DNA of 64,000 nucleotides from Candidatus Sulfomarinibacteraceae bacterium (GTDB lineage: Bacteria; Acidobacteriota; Thermoanaerobaculia; Thermoanaerobaculales; Sulfomarinibacteraceae): contig CAWCLO010000010.1 of the NCBI GenBank assembly GCA_963796455.1, positions 192,001 through 256,000 on the forward strand, written 5' to 3'. The position numbers were made by a program, and so were the translations under genes. The notes under the pieces were generated by a model. It saw only the letters and a list, made by a program, of their open reading frames with translations. It had not been told where the DNA came from and did no database searches. This document shows, piece after piece, positions 10,371 to 19,335 of the stretch. Numbering within the stretch: the stretch's first letter is position 1; the number at the start of each line of letters is the position of its first letter.

Positions 10371-10752
10371 GTCCAAGACAGCTTCTTGTAAAGCTTTCAG
10401 GGACAGCGTCAGCAAACAGCGGTCAGCGTCAGTTTTCAGCCATCAGCGACAGCGAACAGCACTCATTTCTTCGGGTTCAACAGCCGCCAGGTCATGGCAC
10501 GGACCTGATCGAAGGCCAGCATCGCTTCACTGGCTCGATCCCGGCTGATCGCACCGGCGTGAGCGAGAAGCTTTAAGTGGTCGCCCACCGGCTACCCCTT
10601 CTGTTGAACGACCCGGAGGTGGCCACATCATCGCCTGTACTCCTGATCGCTGCCGCTGCTCTCCGTCGCTGAACACTGACCGCTGTCCCTGTTCGCTGTT
10701 GTCTGTCGCTGACCGCCGACCCTGATCGCTGTCACTACCGCTGCAATTCGGG
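10371..10752 (-). mobile_element. Copy 1 of the four-helix-bundle-associated repeat element (internally deleted)
   Basis: GTCCAAGACAG left end, CAGCGA-rich arm, 3' gene fragment, leader half GAACGACCCGGAGGTGGCCA, TCGCTG-rich arm, GCTGCAATTCGGG right end; all shared with 18568..19293. Confidence 0.7.
10463..10579 (-). pseudogene. 3' remnant of a four-helix-bundle protein gene
   Basis: Translates HLKLLAHAGAISRDRASEAMLAFDQVRAMTWRLLNPKK*, matching the C-terminus encoded at 18671..18790. Confidence 0.85.
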
Positions 10753-10844
10753 CACGGGCGCGGTGTGTGATGGATATTAAAACCTGCTCCAGCTCGTGAT
10801 ACTCGATCCTGGATGTTCGCTGCTTCCTCCACGCACACACATTT

Positions 10845-10917
10845 GCCCGCAGATCACGCAGATTGACACAGATAAGAAGAAGGAATCCATCTGCGTCTAT
10901 CTGCGTGATCTGCGGGC
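10845..10917. repeat. Long palindrome GCCCGCAGATCACGCAGAT...ATCTGCGTGATCTGCGGGC
   Basis: 19-bp perfect outer stem with an extra inner CAGAT/ATCTG unit, followed by a T run; a half copy lies at 30891..30917. Confidence 0.8.
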
Positions 10918-10991
10918 GTTTTTTTGCCGCGCCGTGAAAATGAAGTCAGCAATTCAGACCAGACCGCACCCGAATCGAATCGAAGATCCTC

Positions 10992-11023
10992 AAAAAAACG
11001 CCCCGCCAAAGTGGCGGGGCGTT
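10992..11023 (-). terminator. Intrinsic terminator after secF
   Basis: CGCCCCGCCA/TGGCGGGGCG hairpin followed by T7 on the minus strand. Confidence 0.85.
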
Positions 11024-11045
11024 GAGTTCATGAGATCAGAGCGTT

Positions 11046-12224
11046 CTATCTTTTCCCCTTGCGCCGTTTGCGGTTACGGCGGGCCACCAGGAGCTTGTTG
11101 ACGCCAAGAGCAACCGGCGAAGCCACAAAGATCGAAGAATAGGTACCGACGAGGATGCCGATCAAGAGCACAAAGGCAAATGTATTGATGACATCACCAC
11201 CGAAGATATACAGGCTCAATACGACAACCAGGGTGGTACCGGAGGTGATGAAGGTTCTCGACAGCGTCTGGTTGATCGAAACATCCATCAATTTTTCGAG
11301 ATCGTCACCTCGCCGGAGCCGTAAATTCTCGCGCACCCGGTCGAAGACAACCACGGTGTCATTCACCGAGTAACCGACCAGGGTCAGGAGTGCCGCGACC
11401 GTCGGAAGATTGATCTCGCGGTGGGTGACGGCGAGGGCGGTCAGGGTGATCAAGACGTCGTGGAAGAGCGCCGCCACCGCGCCGACCGCATAGGGCAGCT
11501 GGAACCGAATCCAGATATAGACCAACATTCCGACCAGCGAGAAGGCGATCGCCAGCAGGGCCTTCTTTTGCAGATCGGCGCCCACCGCCGGACCGACGCT
11601 CTCCGTCCCCAGAAGGGAATAGGCACCGACCATTGCGTTGCCCTTGAGGTAGTTCTTGGTGGCGGCAGTGATGTTGTCGATCCCGTCAACCTGGTCGATC
11701 GAGGCGAAGATCCCGTTTTCTTTTCGGAACTGGAGGACCGCCTCCGCCATGGGTTCGTAGTAGAGGCTCCGGGCCTCTTCGTCACCGCCCATGCCGTCGG
11801 GGTCCATGGCGACCAGACGGTTGGTCAGCTCGATCGTCCCTCTGGTATTGAGGTCGAAGCCATCACCGATATCGGAGTTGAACTCGGTGTTGAGGAGATC
11901 GAGAATCGGGCTCGCAAAGTCACCCTCCTCACCCATCGGGTTCTCGACCCGGATCAGGACCTCGTTCTTCTCGGGCTCGTCGAAGCGCTGAATCGTCGGG
12001 GTTCCGGCCGTCAGCCTGTCGACCGCGTCTCGCAATGCACCGAGATCCGGCTGCTCGCGAAACTTGAGCGTGACCTGCGTTCCGCCGGTGAAATCAATGC
12101 CGAGATTGAGGCCCGGACCAAGCAACTCGTAGGCCAGACCCGCAACGATGATCAGCAGCGAGATCGTGAGCGCGATCCGCCGGTAGGACAAAAAAGGAAT
12201 GCTGGTGTCGCCGATGATACGCAT
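11046..12224 (-). CDS. secF: Protein translocase subunit SecF with a periplasmic insertion
   Basis: GIDFTGG, VGPAVG, LFHDVLIT, GYSVNDTVVVFDRVREN, GTYSSIFVA. Confidence 0.96.
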   Translation of the reverse strand: MRIIGDTSIPFLSYRRIALTISLLIIVAGLAYELLGPGLNLGIDFTGGTQVTLKFREQPDLGALRDAVDRLTAGTPTIQRFDEPEKNEVLIRVENPMGEEGDFASPILDLLNTEFNSDIGDGFDLNTRGTIELTNRLVAMDPDGMGGDEEARSLYYEPMAEAVLQFRKENGIFASIDQVDGIDNITAATKNYLKGNAMVGAYSLLGTESVGPAVGADLQKKALLAIAFSLVGMLVYIWIRFQLPYAVGAVAALFHDVLITLTALAVTHREINLPTVAALLTLVGYSVNDTVVVFDRVRENLRLRRGDDLEKLMDVSINQTLSRTFITSGTTLVVVLSLYIFGGDVINTFAFVLLIGILVGTYSSIFVASPVALGVNKLLVARRNRKRRKGKR

Positions 12225-12236
12225 GGTTGAATCCAA

Positions 12237-13802
12237 TCAAATACTCAGCGTCTCGACCCGTTCGCGCCCCGCGAGCACGATCATGAAGATCGTGCGCGAC
12301 ACGAAAACGGCCGTGAAGACGCTCGCCAAAATGCCGATTGTCAGGGTCACCGCAAATCCCTTGACCGGCCCGGTGCCGAAGTTGAACAGGAAGAGGGCGG
12401 CGATCAAGGTGGTCAGATTGGCATCGAGGATGGTGCCGAAGGCGCGGGCAAAACCGGTATCGATTGCGGCACGCACCGTCTTACCGACCCGCAATTCTTC
12501 GCGGATACGCTCAAAAATGAGCACATTGGCATCCACTGCCATTCCGATGGTCAGGATCACGCCGGCAATTCCGGGCAAGGTCAGGGTGGCGCCGAAATAG
12601 GCCATGGCGCCGAGCAGGATGATGATGTTGAGGACCAGTGCAACGTTCGCGTTGAGGCCCGACAACCGGTAATACACCAGCATGAAGAGCATCACCACGA
12701 GCAGACCGGAAACAGCAGCTCTCACACCACGTACGACCGAGTCACGTCCCAGGGACGGCCCGACGGTCCGTTCCTCGAGATACGTGATTGTTGCAGGGAG
12801 CGCACCTGCACGGAGCTTGAGCGCGAGGTCTTCAGCGTCCTCGATCGTGAAGTTGCCGGTGATCCGGCCTTCTCCGGGAATCCTTGATTCGATGACCGGC
12901 GCCGAGATGACACGGTTGTCGAGGACGATCGCCATCCGGGTGCCGATGTGAGATCCGGTGTACTGACCGAACTTGTCGGCGGCATGCGGCTGGGTCGCGA
13001 AGCTCACCACCGATTGACCGTACTCGTCCTGGCTTCGGCGAGCCGACCGAAGTTCCTGGCCCGAAATGATCGCCGCCTTTTTGAGCAGATAATAATCGGT
13101 GCCGATCACCGCACCGGTAATGTCCGTTCGATCACCGGGGATGATCTCGGAATCAACCGGAACGATGCCTCCGATCGAGGTCAGCAGGCTCTGTCGATCC
13201 GGGGCCGGTGGGCCCGAAACTTCTTGAAACTCCAGAAAAGCGGTGGATGAGATGAGATCCTTGACACGGGCCGGGTCGTCCACGCCGGGCAACTGCACGA
13301 GAATCCGATCGCTCTCGAGGCCCTGACGCTGGATCACGGGCTCGGCGACCCCGAATTGATCGACACGGTTCCAGATCGTCTCGAGTGACGAACGAACTGC
13401 CATGTCGCGGACCGTCCGGTCCATATTCGGCGGCAGCTGGAATGTCCAGGAACCGACCCCCGGGGTTGCCTTGTATCCCGGCACCCAGGCGTTCGCCAAT
13501 TCGCGAAGCGCAACGGTATCCGTTGCAGCCGGCACACCCACGGTGAAGCTCAAATCGGCAGGGCTCGCTTCAACAGTGCCCAACTCGACTCCATCTTCTT
13601 GTGCCCGACTGATCAGCCGTTGCGCGGCGTCGTCGAGCTCCGCCTTGATGGCATCGTCGGTTTGAACCTGGAGCACCAGATGAATGCCCCCTGACAGGTC
13701 GAGACCGTAATTGATCTTCTCGCCCGGTGGATACAGCGACCACAAACACACGGCCGCGACCGCCAGGATAACCAGTACTCGCCACAGAACCTTCGATTCC
13801 AC
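12237..13802 (-). CDS. secD: Protein translocase subunit SecD
   Basis: GLDLSGG, RVDQFGVAEP, LRAGALPA, VGPSLG, GMAVDANVLIFERIREE. Confidence 0.97.
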   Translation of the reverse strand: MESKVLWRVLVILAVAAVCLWSLYPPGEKINYGLDLSGGIHLVLQVQTDDAIKAELDDAAQRLISRAQEDGVELGTVEASPADLSFTVGVPAATDTVALRELANAWVPGYKATPGVGSWTFQLPPNMDRTVRDMAVRSSLETIWNRVDQFGVAEPVIQRQGLESDRILVQLPGVDDPARVKDLISSTAFLEFQEVSGPPAPDRQSLLTSIGGIVPVDSEIIPGDRTDITGAVIGTDYYLLKKAAIISGQELRSARRSQDEYGQSVVSFATQPHAADKFGQYTGSHIGTRMAIVLDNRVISAPVIESRIPGEGRITGNFTIEDAEDLALKLRAGALPATITYLEERTVGPSLGRDSVVRGVRAAVSGLLVVMLFMLVYYRLSGLNANVALVLNIIILLGAMAYFGATLTLPGIAGVILTIGMAVDANVLIFERIREELRVGKTVRAAIDTGFARAFGTILDANLTTLIAALFLFNFGTGPVKGFAVTLTIGILASVFTAVFVSRTIFMIVLAGRERVETLSI

Positions 13803-13848
13803 ATTCGCCTCCGCTTCTAATAAATCCGGAAGAGGACCTCAGTCCGGA

Positions 13849-14148
13849 TCAACTGTCGCTTGCAATGCCATCCGCCCCGATGGGGCCGCCGATTGCGCCC
13901 TTTGAGATCCGGATCTTCGTGTTCTCCGAGATCTTGAGCAGAATCGAATGGTCTTCAACCGCAGCAACAGTGCCGTAGATACCGCCCGTGGTGACGACCT
14001 TGTCACCTTTTTTGAGGGCGGAGATCATGGCTTCTTTTTTCTTTTGTTGTTTCTTTGCCGGCATGATCACGAGAAAATAAAACACCCCGAAAATCAGGGC
14101 GAACATGACCATCATCGACAGGGGTCCACCCCCAGCACCTGCTTCCAT
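13849..14148 (-). CDS. yajC: Preprotein translocase subunit YajC
   Basis: FYFLVIMP...LKKGDKVVTTGGIYG; tgt-yajC-secD-secF synteny. Confidence 0.95.
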   Translation of the reverse strand: MEAGAGGGPLSMMVMFALIFGVFYFLVIMPAKKQQKKKEAMISALKKGDKVVTTGGIYGTVAAVEDHSILLKISENTKIRISKGAIGGPIGADGIASDS

Positions 14149-14156
14149 GAATCACC

Positions 14157-15305
14157 TCACGTCGTCGTTGAACTCTGACCGACTTCGCGCTCACACTCCA
14201 CCCGCTCGCGAAACCGCTTGTAGCGGCCCGCCATGATAGCTTCCCGAGCGCCGCGCATCAAGCTCAAGAAGTACCAGAGATTGTGCATCGTCAACAAAAC
14301 CACCGAAGTGACCTCGTTGCTGACAAAAAGATGGCGCAACGCGGCGCGGGAGTAAGCGGCGCAGGTGGGGCAGGAACAGTCTGCATCGAGTGGTCTCAGA
14401 TCATCGGCAAAGCGCGCATTTTTGATCGGAAAATCACCACTCGAGGTGAAGACCTTGCCAGTTCTGGCCGAGCGGGTCGGCAATACACAGTCAAAAAGAT
14501 CGACCCCACAGGCCATTGCGTGGAGCAGATCCTCCGGATAACCGACCCCCATCAGGTAGCGTGGTCTCTCGGAAGGCAACAAGGGTGCCGCCATCGCAAC
14601 GCCGTCGTGCAATTCGGCCGTCGACTCCCCCACCGCCAGCCCGCCGATGGCATAACCATCAAACTCCGCGGCAGCCAACTCGTCGCTGCACCGGGTCCGC
14701 AGTTTTTGATCGAGGGATCCCTGCTGGATCGCAAACACCCCCCCGCCCCAACCCGAACCCTGCTCGCGTACGGTTTGCGCCCGGGCGAGCCCACGCAGGG
14801 CCCACTCGACGCTGGTGGCGGTGGAACGATCGGCCCGCTCACGATCAACCGGGTAGGGAAGGCACTCATCGAGGACCATGGCGACATCGACTCCGATGCC
14901 GATCTGGGTTTCGATCACATTCTCGGGGGTCAGACGGTGCTTGGCACCGTCGATGTGGGAGGCAAAAGTGACACCCTCAGCATCCATCGCTCGACGACCG
15001 GCCAGTGAAAAGACCTGAAAGCCCCCGGAATCGGTCAGGATCGGTCCATCCCATGCCATCAGCTTGTGCAAACCGCCGAGACGGATGATTCGCTCGACTC
15101 CGGGCCGCAGCAGCAGATGGTAGGTGTTGCCGAGGATCATCTGCGGGCCGAGACGCTTCAGATCCCAGGCTGCGATGCCCTTCACCGTCCCGGCGGTGCC
15201 GACCGGCATGAAGGCCGGCGTTTCGACGACCCCGTGGGGCGTCTCCAACACCGCGGCCCGCGCCGGCCCGTCGGGGCCCTCGGCAGTTATCGAAAACGGC
15301 AGCAT
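14157..15305 (-). CDS. tgt: tRNA-guanine(34) transglycosylase
   Basis: TPAFMPVGT, NTYHL, LTDSGGFQVFSL, PRYLMGVG, FDCVLPTR, CxCxxC...HN zinc site. Confidence 0.97.
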   Translation of the reverse strand: MLPFSITAEGPDGPARAAVLETPHGVVETPAFMPVGTAGTVKGIAAWDLKRLGPQMILGNTYHLLLRPGVERIIRLGGLHKLMAWDGPILTDSGGFQVFSLAGRRAMDAEGVTFASHIDGAKHRLTPENVIETQIGIGVDVAMVLDECLPYPVDRERADRSTATSVEWALRGLARAQTVREQGSGWGGGVFAIQQGSLDQKLRTRCSDELAAAEFDGYAIGGLAVGESTAELHDGVAMAAPLLPSERPRYLMGVGYPEDLLHAMACGVDLFDCVLPTRSARTGKVFTSSGDFPIKNARFADDLRPLDADCSCPTCAAYSRAALRHLFVSNEVTSVVLLTMHNLWYFLSLMRGAREAIMAGRYKRFRERVECEREVGQSSTTT

Positions 15306-15339
15306 TGGATCAATCGTCCGGTGGCCGGAGGAGGCCGTC

Positions 15340-16053
15340 TCAGCCGACGCCGGAAGAGGCGTCGATGAATTCCAGGTTCACATCTTCACCGAGCTCGAGA
15401 CGAAAACGATCTTCGTCGAGATCCGGGTTGATCGTCAGGTTCTTGAACTCGTACCGAGTGCTGTCTCCGTCGGCCTCGTTGTATTTGATCACCACCGGCA
15501 GGTAGAGCGAACGGTCGATTTCGATCTCTACCGAATGCAGTTTCTTTTTCAACAGATTGCCGATCGGCTTCAGGGTGAGCAGGTAGTGAGCGTTGCCGCC
15601 GGGGTCGGCAAGCCGCAGCGAGAAGTGTTCCCTGAGATCGTCGAGGGGCTGGGTTCCCGCCAGCACCCGCACGAATCGGCGCTGTTTTTTCGAGACCTTG
15701 ATTCGCTCCGCGCGGTCCTGTGCCGGATGAAAGGTCGTGACCGTGTCGTCGGCGAAAAGCACGACCATCGCATCGGGTGCCAGATAATCCCACCGAACCT
15801 TGTCGGGAGCCTTAAAAAGGAATTCGCCGGTGGACTCCACCGGATCGAGCAACATCGCGCTTGATTTGTACTGGACGAACTCCGCCCGCAGCGTCCGGAT
15901 CGCGTTCTGGCTCTCCACCACCCGGGCGATCAGCGCATCGAGCTTGGCGCTTCCATCGAGGGCATCGATCGGGTCCGCCGGCGACGTCGCAGCAGCAACG
16001 GCGGCCAACAGCCCGAGCAATAGCGCCAACAAAGATCTTTTCAGTTCTCGCAC
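15340..16053 (-). CDS. lolA: Outer-membrane lipoprotein carrier LolA family protein
   Basis: Signal peptide, LRAEFVQ...GEFLFKAPDKVRWDY, C-terminal INPDLDEDRF. Confidence 0.8.
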   Translation of the reverse strand: MRELKRSLLALLLGLLAAVAAATSPADPIDALDGSAKLDALIARVVESQNAIRTLRAEFVQYKSSAMLLDPVESTGEFLFKAPDKVRWDYLAPDAMVVLFADDTVTTFHPAQDRAERIKVSKKQRRFVRVLAGTQPLDDLREHFSLRLADPGGNAHYLLTLKPIGNLLKKKLHSVEIEIDRSLYLPVVIKYNEADGDSTRYEFKNLTINPDLDEDRFRLELGEDVNLEFIDASSGVG

Positions 16054-16431
16054 GGGGCGAACTCTAACACAAAGTGGGCTCGAAACACGGCACGTTCCTT
16101 CGTCATTCGGTGATCCGCTGGCTCAAAAGCTCCCGGGGCACTCTTTCAAAAACCGATGGCTCGCTGCCGTCAACGCCAAACCCGGACCGCAGGGAAGACA
16201 TGGCGGCGATATCGGCTTCACTCACATCCTTTCCCGAGTCGGCCACGAGAACGCGGCGGAGACCGCGGTCCAGCGCGAGTTCAAGCAACACCCGGGTCCC
16301 CGCGACGGTTCGTCGCCGCCGCCGTGAAGACCTCAGATATCTGACCGACAGTCATGCCCTTGCCGAGAAATGTGCCATGACCGGCAGAGTACAATGAGCA
16401 CCGGTTTGATTGATCAAAAATCGGAGGAACC

Positions 16432-16740
16432 ATGAGCGACAAGAAGGCGCGAAACCCGAAAGGCCCCCGTCTGACGATCGACGCCGAGGTCGGGATCGGG
16501 CAGTACTCGAACTTCGTCAGTATCGCCCACAACTTCTCCGAGGTCCTTCTCGATTTTGGCCGAGCCCTCCCTGGGCGCGAGGACATTCCGGTGGTGTCGC
16601 GGATCATCATGCACCCATTCCACGCCAAACAGTTGTTGCGGGCCTTGACCCACAACGTGCAGCTCTATGAGAAGAACTTCGGGCCGATCAGCGATCCACC
16701 ACAGGGAGCGGACATCACGCCGACCGGCGGCACCAACTAG
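16432..16740 (+). CDS. DUF3467 family protein
   Basis: GQYSNFVSIAHNFSEVLLDF...VVSRIIMHPFHAKQLLRAL...YEKNFGPI; GGAGG RBS. Confidence 0.85.
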   Translation: MSDKKARNPKGPRLTIDAEVGIGQYSNFVSIAHNFSEVLLDFGRALPGREDIPVVSRIIMHPFHAKQLLRALTHNVQLYEKNFGPISDPPQGADITPTGGTN

Positions 16741-16753
16741 ATCGAGAGCGGGC

Positions 16754-16785
16754 AAAAAAAGGGCGCGCCCGGCGGCGCGCCCTTT
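16754..16785 (-). terminator. Intrinsic, possibly bidirectional, terminator between convergent DUF3467 and degP
   Basis: A7-GGGCGCGCC-loop-GGCGCGCCC-TTT. Confidence 0.8.
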
Positions 16786-16804
16786 GACTGTCTTGAACGA
16801 ACGA

Positions 16805-18310
16805 TCAGTCTTCGAGTTGGAGGATCACAAAGCGAGAGAGATCCGCCCGCGGCACGTACACATACAGGCGCAGATATCCTCCGCTTTCGATTTCTTTGAT
16901 GGCATCCCGTAGATCGGATGGGCTGTCGATGGGTTCGCCATTGGCTTCGGTGATCACAAAGCCTTGTTGCATACCCGCTTCAGAAGCCGGCGAGAGTGGC
17001 CGCACCTCGGTGACAACCACACCTTCGACGTCCGGTTCGATCCGGTAGTTCTGACGCGACAGTTCGTTGAGCCCGGTGACGGTGACACCGACCCGCTCGA
17101 AGACGTCTCCCTCTTCTCCCGGTCCCTCGGCGGGCTCGGCATCCGAATCGGCCGCTTCCCGTTCTTCGAGGGTGACCTCGATGGTCATCTTTTTACCGTT
17201 GCGGATCACTCCGAGATCGACCTTGGTCCCCGGAGGCATCGCCGAAACGGTATCGATGAGCTCTCGGGTGTCTTCAATCGATTCTCCCGAAACAGAAACG
17301 ATCACATCTCCGTGGCGCACACCCGCTTTGGCGGCGGCATGTCCTTCGACAACCGCCTCGACCAGGGCTCCATCCGAACTCTTCAGACCAAAGGCCTCGA
17401 CCTCGTCTTTGCTGAGGTTGTTGATTGAAACACCGAGATAACCACGGATGACCCTGCCGTTTTCACGCAACTGCGGCAGAATTCTACGCGCCACATCGAT
17501 CGGAATCGCAAAGCCGATGTTCTGGCCGGCGGCATTGATCGCGGTGTTGATGCCGATGACGTTGCCGTAGAGATCCACCAGGGGACCTCCGGAGTTTCCG
17601 AAATTGATCGCCGCGTCGGTCTGAATGAAGTTTTCAAAGGACGTCGATTCGGCGGACAGGCCGAGCGCCCGGCCCTTTGCCGAAACCACCCCGACGGTGA
17701 CCGTGTGCTCCATGTTGAGGGGATTGCCGGTCGCCATCACCCACTGCCCGACCCGGACTTTGTCGGAGTCACCGAGGGCGAGATAGTCGAATTCGCGGTC
17801 CGGTTCGATCACCCTGAGAAGCGCGATGTCGGTGGCTGGGTCGATGCCGACCACCTCGGCCTCATATTCGTCATCATTGGCAAGCCGAACCCGGATCTGG
17901 TCCGCGCCATCGATGACGTGATGGTTGGTGACGATTTCACCGCTGGATGAAATAAAGAAACCCGAGCCCGATGAGCGCTGCACCCGCGGCCGATTCCCTT
18001 GCTCGCCCTGATCACGGGGGCCGAAGAAGAAATGGAAAGGATCATTCGGCATCCCTTCACGGCGTTCCGATGGATCCTGAACATCAGCCGAAAAGACCGA
18101 AACAACCGAGGGCACCACGTGCTCGGCCAACTCGGCAAAATCCGGAAGCGGCATTCCGTTGTTGGTGGCGGCCGGAACCGGGCCCGGCGCCGGCGGATCG
18201 GCTTCACTCCGACGGGTGAAATCCAGGCCTCCCGACAGAATCATTCCGAACAAAATGGCTGCGACGACAACTGCCGCCAGAGAGAAGACCTTTTGCGATT
18301 CACTTTTCAT
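16805..18310 (-). CDS. degP: DegP/DegQ (HtrA) serine endoprotease with two PDZ domains
   Basis: SGSGF, TNHHV, DIALL, IQTDAAINFGNSGGPL, two PDZ domains. Confidence 0.93.
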   Translation of the reverse strand: MKSESQKVFSLAAVVVAAILFGMILSGGLDFTRRSEADPPAPGPVPAATNNGMPLPDFAELAEHVVPSVVSVFSADVQDPSERREGMPNDPFHFFFGPRDQGEQGNRPRVQRSSGSGFFISSSGEIVTNHHVIDGADQIRVRLANDDEYEAEVVGIDPATDIALLRVIEPDREFDYLALGDSDKVRVGQWVMATGNPLNMEHTVTVGVVSAKGRALGLSAESTSFENFIQTDAAINFGNSGGPLVDLYGNVIGINTAINAAGQNIGFAIPIDVARRILPQLRENGRVIRGYLGVSINNLSKDEVEAFGLKSSDGALVEAVVEGHAAAKAGVRHGDVIVSVSGESIEDTRELIDTVSAMPPGTKVDLGVIRNGKKMTIEVTLEEREAADSDAEPAEGPGEEGDVFERVGVTVTGLNELSRQNYRIEPDVEGVVVTEVRPLSPASEAGMQQGFVITEANGEPIDSPSDLRDAIKEIESGGYLRLYVYVPRADLSRFVILQLED

Positions 18311-18361
18311 GAAATACCTCCGAGATATCGGCGAACCTCGTTCGCCAGCAGATCGTGCAAC

Positions 18362-18377
18362 AGCAAGAAGCCTGCCA
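18362..18377 (-). promoter_or_regulatory. Putative sigma54 (-24/-12) promoter of degP
   Basis: Minus strand TGGCAGGCTTCTTGCT with exact GG-N10-GC spacing, about 50 nt upstream of the ATG. Confidence 0.65.
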
Positions 18378-18567
18378 ACGTTCCCGAAACAGCCATATTG
18401 CAGGTCTTCTGCGGAAATTCGGCGCTTTTTTTACAATTTCGCAACCTTATCCCCTGGATACGGCTGTTTGGCCGATGAGTTTCCAGCCCGGACATCAAGT
18501 ACCCCTGCCATTTTGGCGCGGTTAGGCCACCGGCACCAGGCTCCCCTCACGACGAAAAACCCATCGA

Positions 18568-19293
18568 GTCCAAGACAGAGTCTCGGATAACGTTCAGGGA
18601 CAGCGACGGCGAACAATGGCCAGCGGCAGCGAACAGCGGCCGGGGCAGCGACAGCGTCAGCGAACAGCCCTTACTTGGTCGGGTTCAAGAGCCGCCAGGT
18701 CATCGCGCGGACTTGATCGAAGACGTTCATCGTTTCACGGGCTCCGTTCGGGCTGATCGCCCCGGCGTCGGCGAGGAGCTGCAAGTGGCTGTCGACCTCT
18801 TTCGCCGAGGCGTAGGCGATCCTCCAGTGGTTCGATCGGTCTCTACCGAAGCGGCCGTGCCCTTCAGCCAGGTTCGCGGGGACTGAACTTGCCGACCGGA
18901 TCACCTGATCGGCAATAGGCTTCAGCGGAGCGGGAACCCTCATCACGAGCTTGATCGCAATCCTGCTGCCTCGAGGGCCTTCGAGTGGGCAACGAGGTTG
19001 GTGTTCGTGGCGGCGTTGGACATGGTCACCTCCGGGTCGTTCATGCCCATACCCACAAGCCGGTGAGGCGGCCGATGTCAAGGATGCCCTGCACCCTGCC
19101 TGTCCTTGACATCGGCCGCCCACCGGCTACCCCTTCCTTGGAACGACCCGGAGGTGGCCATTTCGCCGACTGGACTGCTGATCGCTGCCGCTGATCACTG
19201 AACACTGATCGCTGTTCCCGGTCGCTGCTCCCCGTCGCTGGCGCTGGACGCTGTCGCTGTCCCTGGACACAGTGGCTGCCGCTGCAATTCGGG
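18568..19293 (-). mobile_element. Copy 2 (fullest) of the four-helix-bundle-associated repeat element
   Basis: Inverted CAGCGA/TCGCTG arms (CAGGGACAGCGACGGCG vs CGCTGTCGCTGTCCCTG) flank the gene and structured leader; ends shared with the other copies. Confidence 0.7.
18671..19023 (-). pseudogene. Four-helix-bundle protein (23S rRNA IVP / Avd-like, TIGR02436-type) with a 1-nt deletion near 18962
   Basis: GGAGGT RBS and ATG at 19023 give MSNAATNTNLVAHSKALEAAG; after the frameshift: IAIKLV...DQVIRSASSVPANLAEGHGR...WRIAYASAKEVDSHL, the family motif. Confidence 0.85.
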
Positions 19294-19335
19294 CACGGAT
19301 GCGGACGCGGTCTAGGAAACGGGCAGGGAAAGGGA

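Noticed and set aside
16103..16355. Small gene between lolA and DUF3467
   Set aside because: No RBS or recognisable motif, the frame is ambiguous, and it overlaps the probable divergent promoter region.
18671..19161. Diversity-generating retroelement (Avd-like gene near duplicated adhesins)
   Set aside because: No reverse transcriptase in the window, and the paralog differences I inspected are ordinary substitutions, not adenine-specific TR/VR mismatches.
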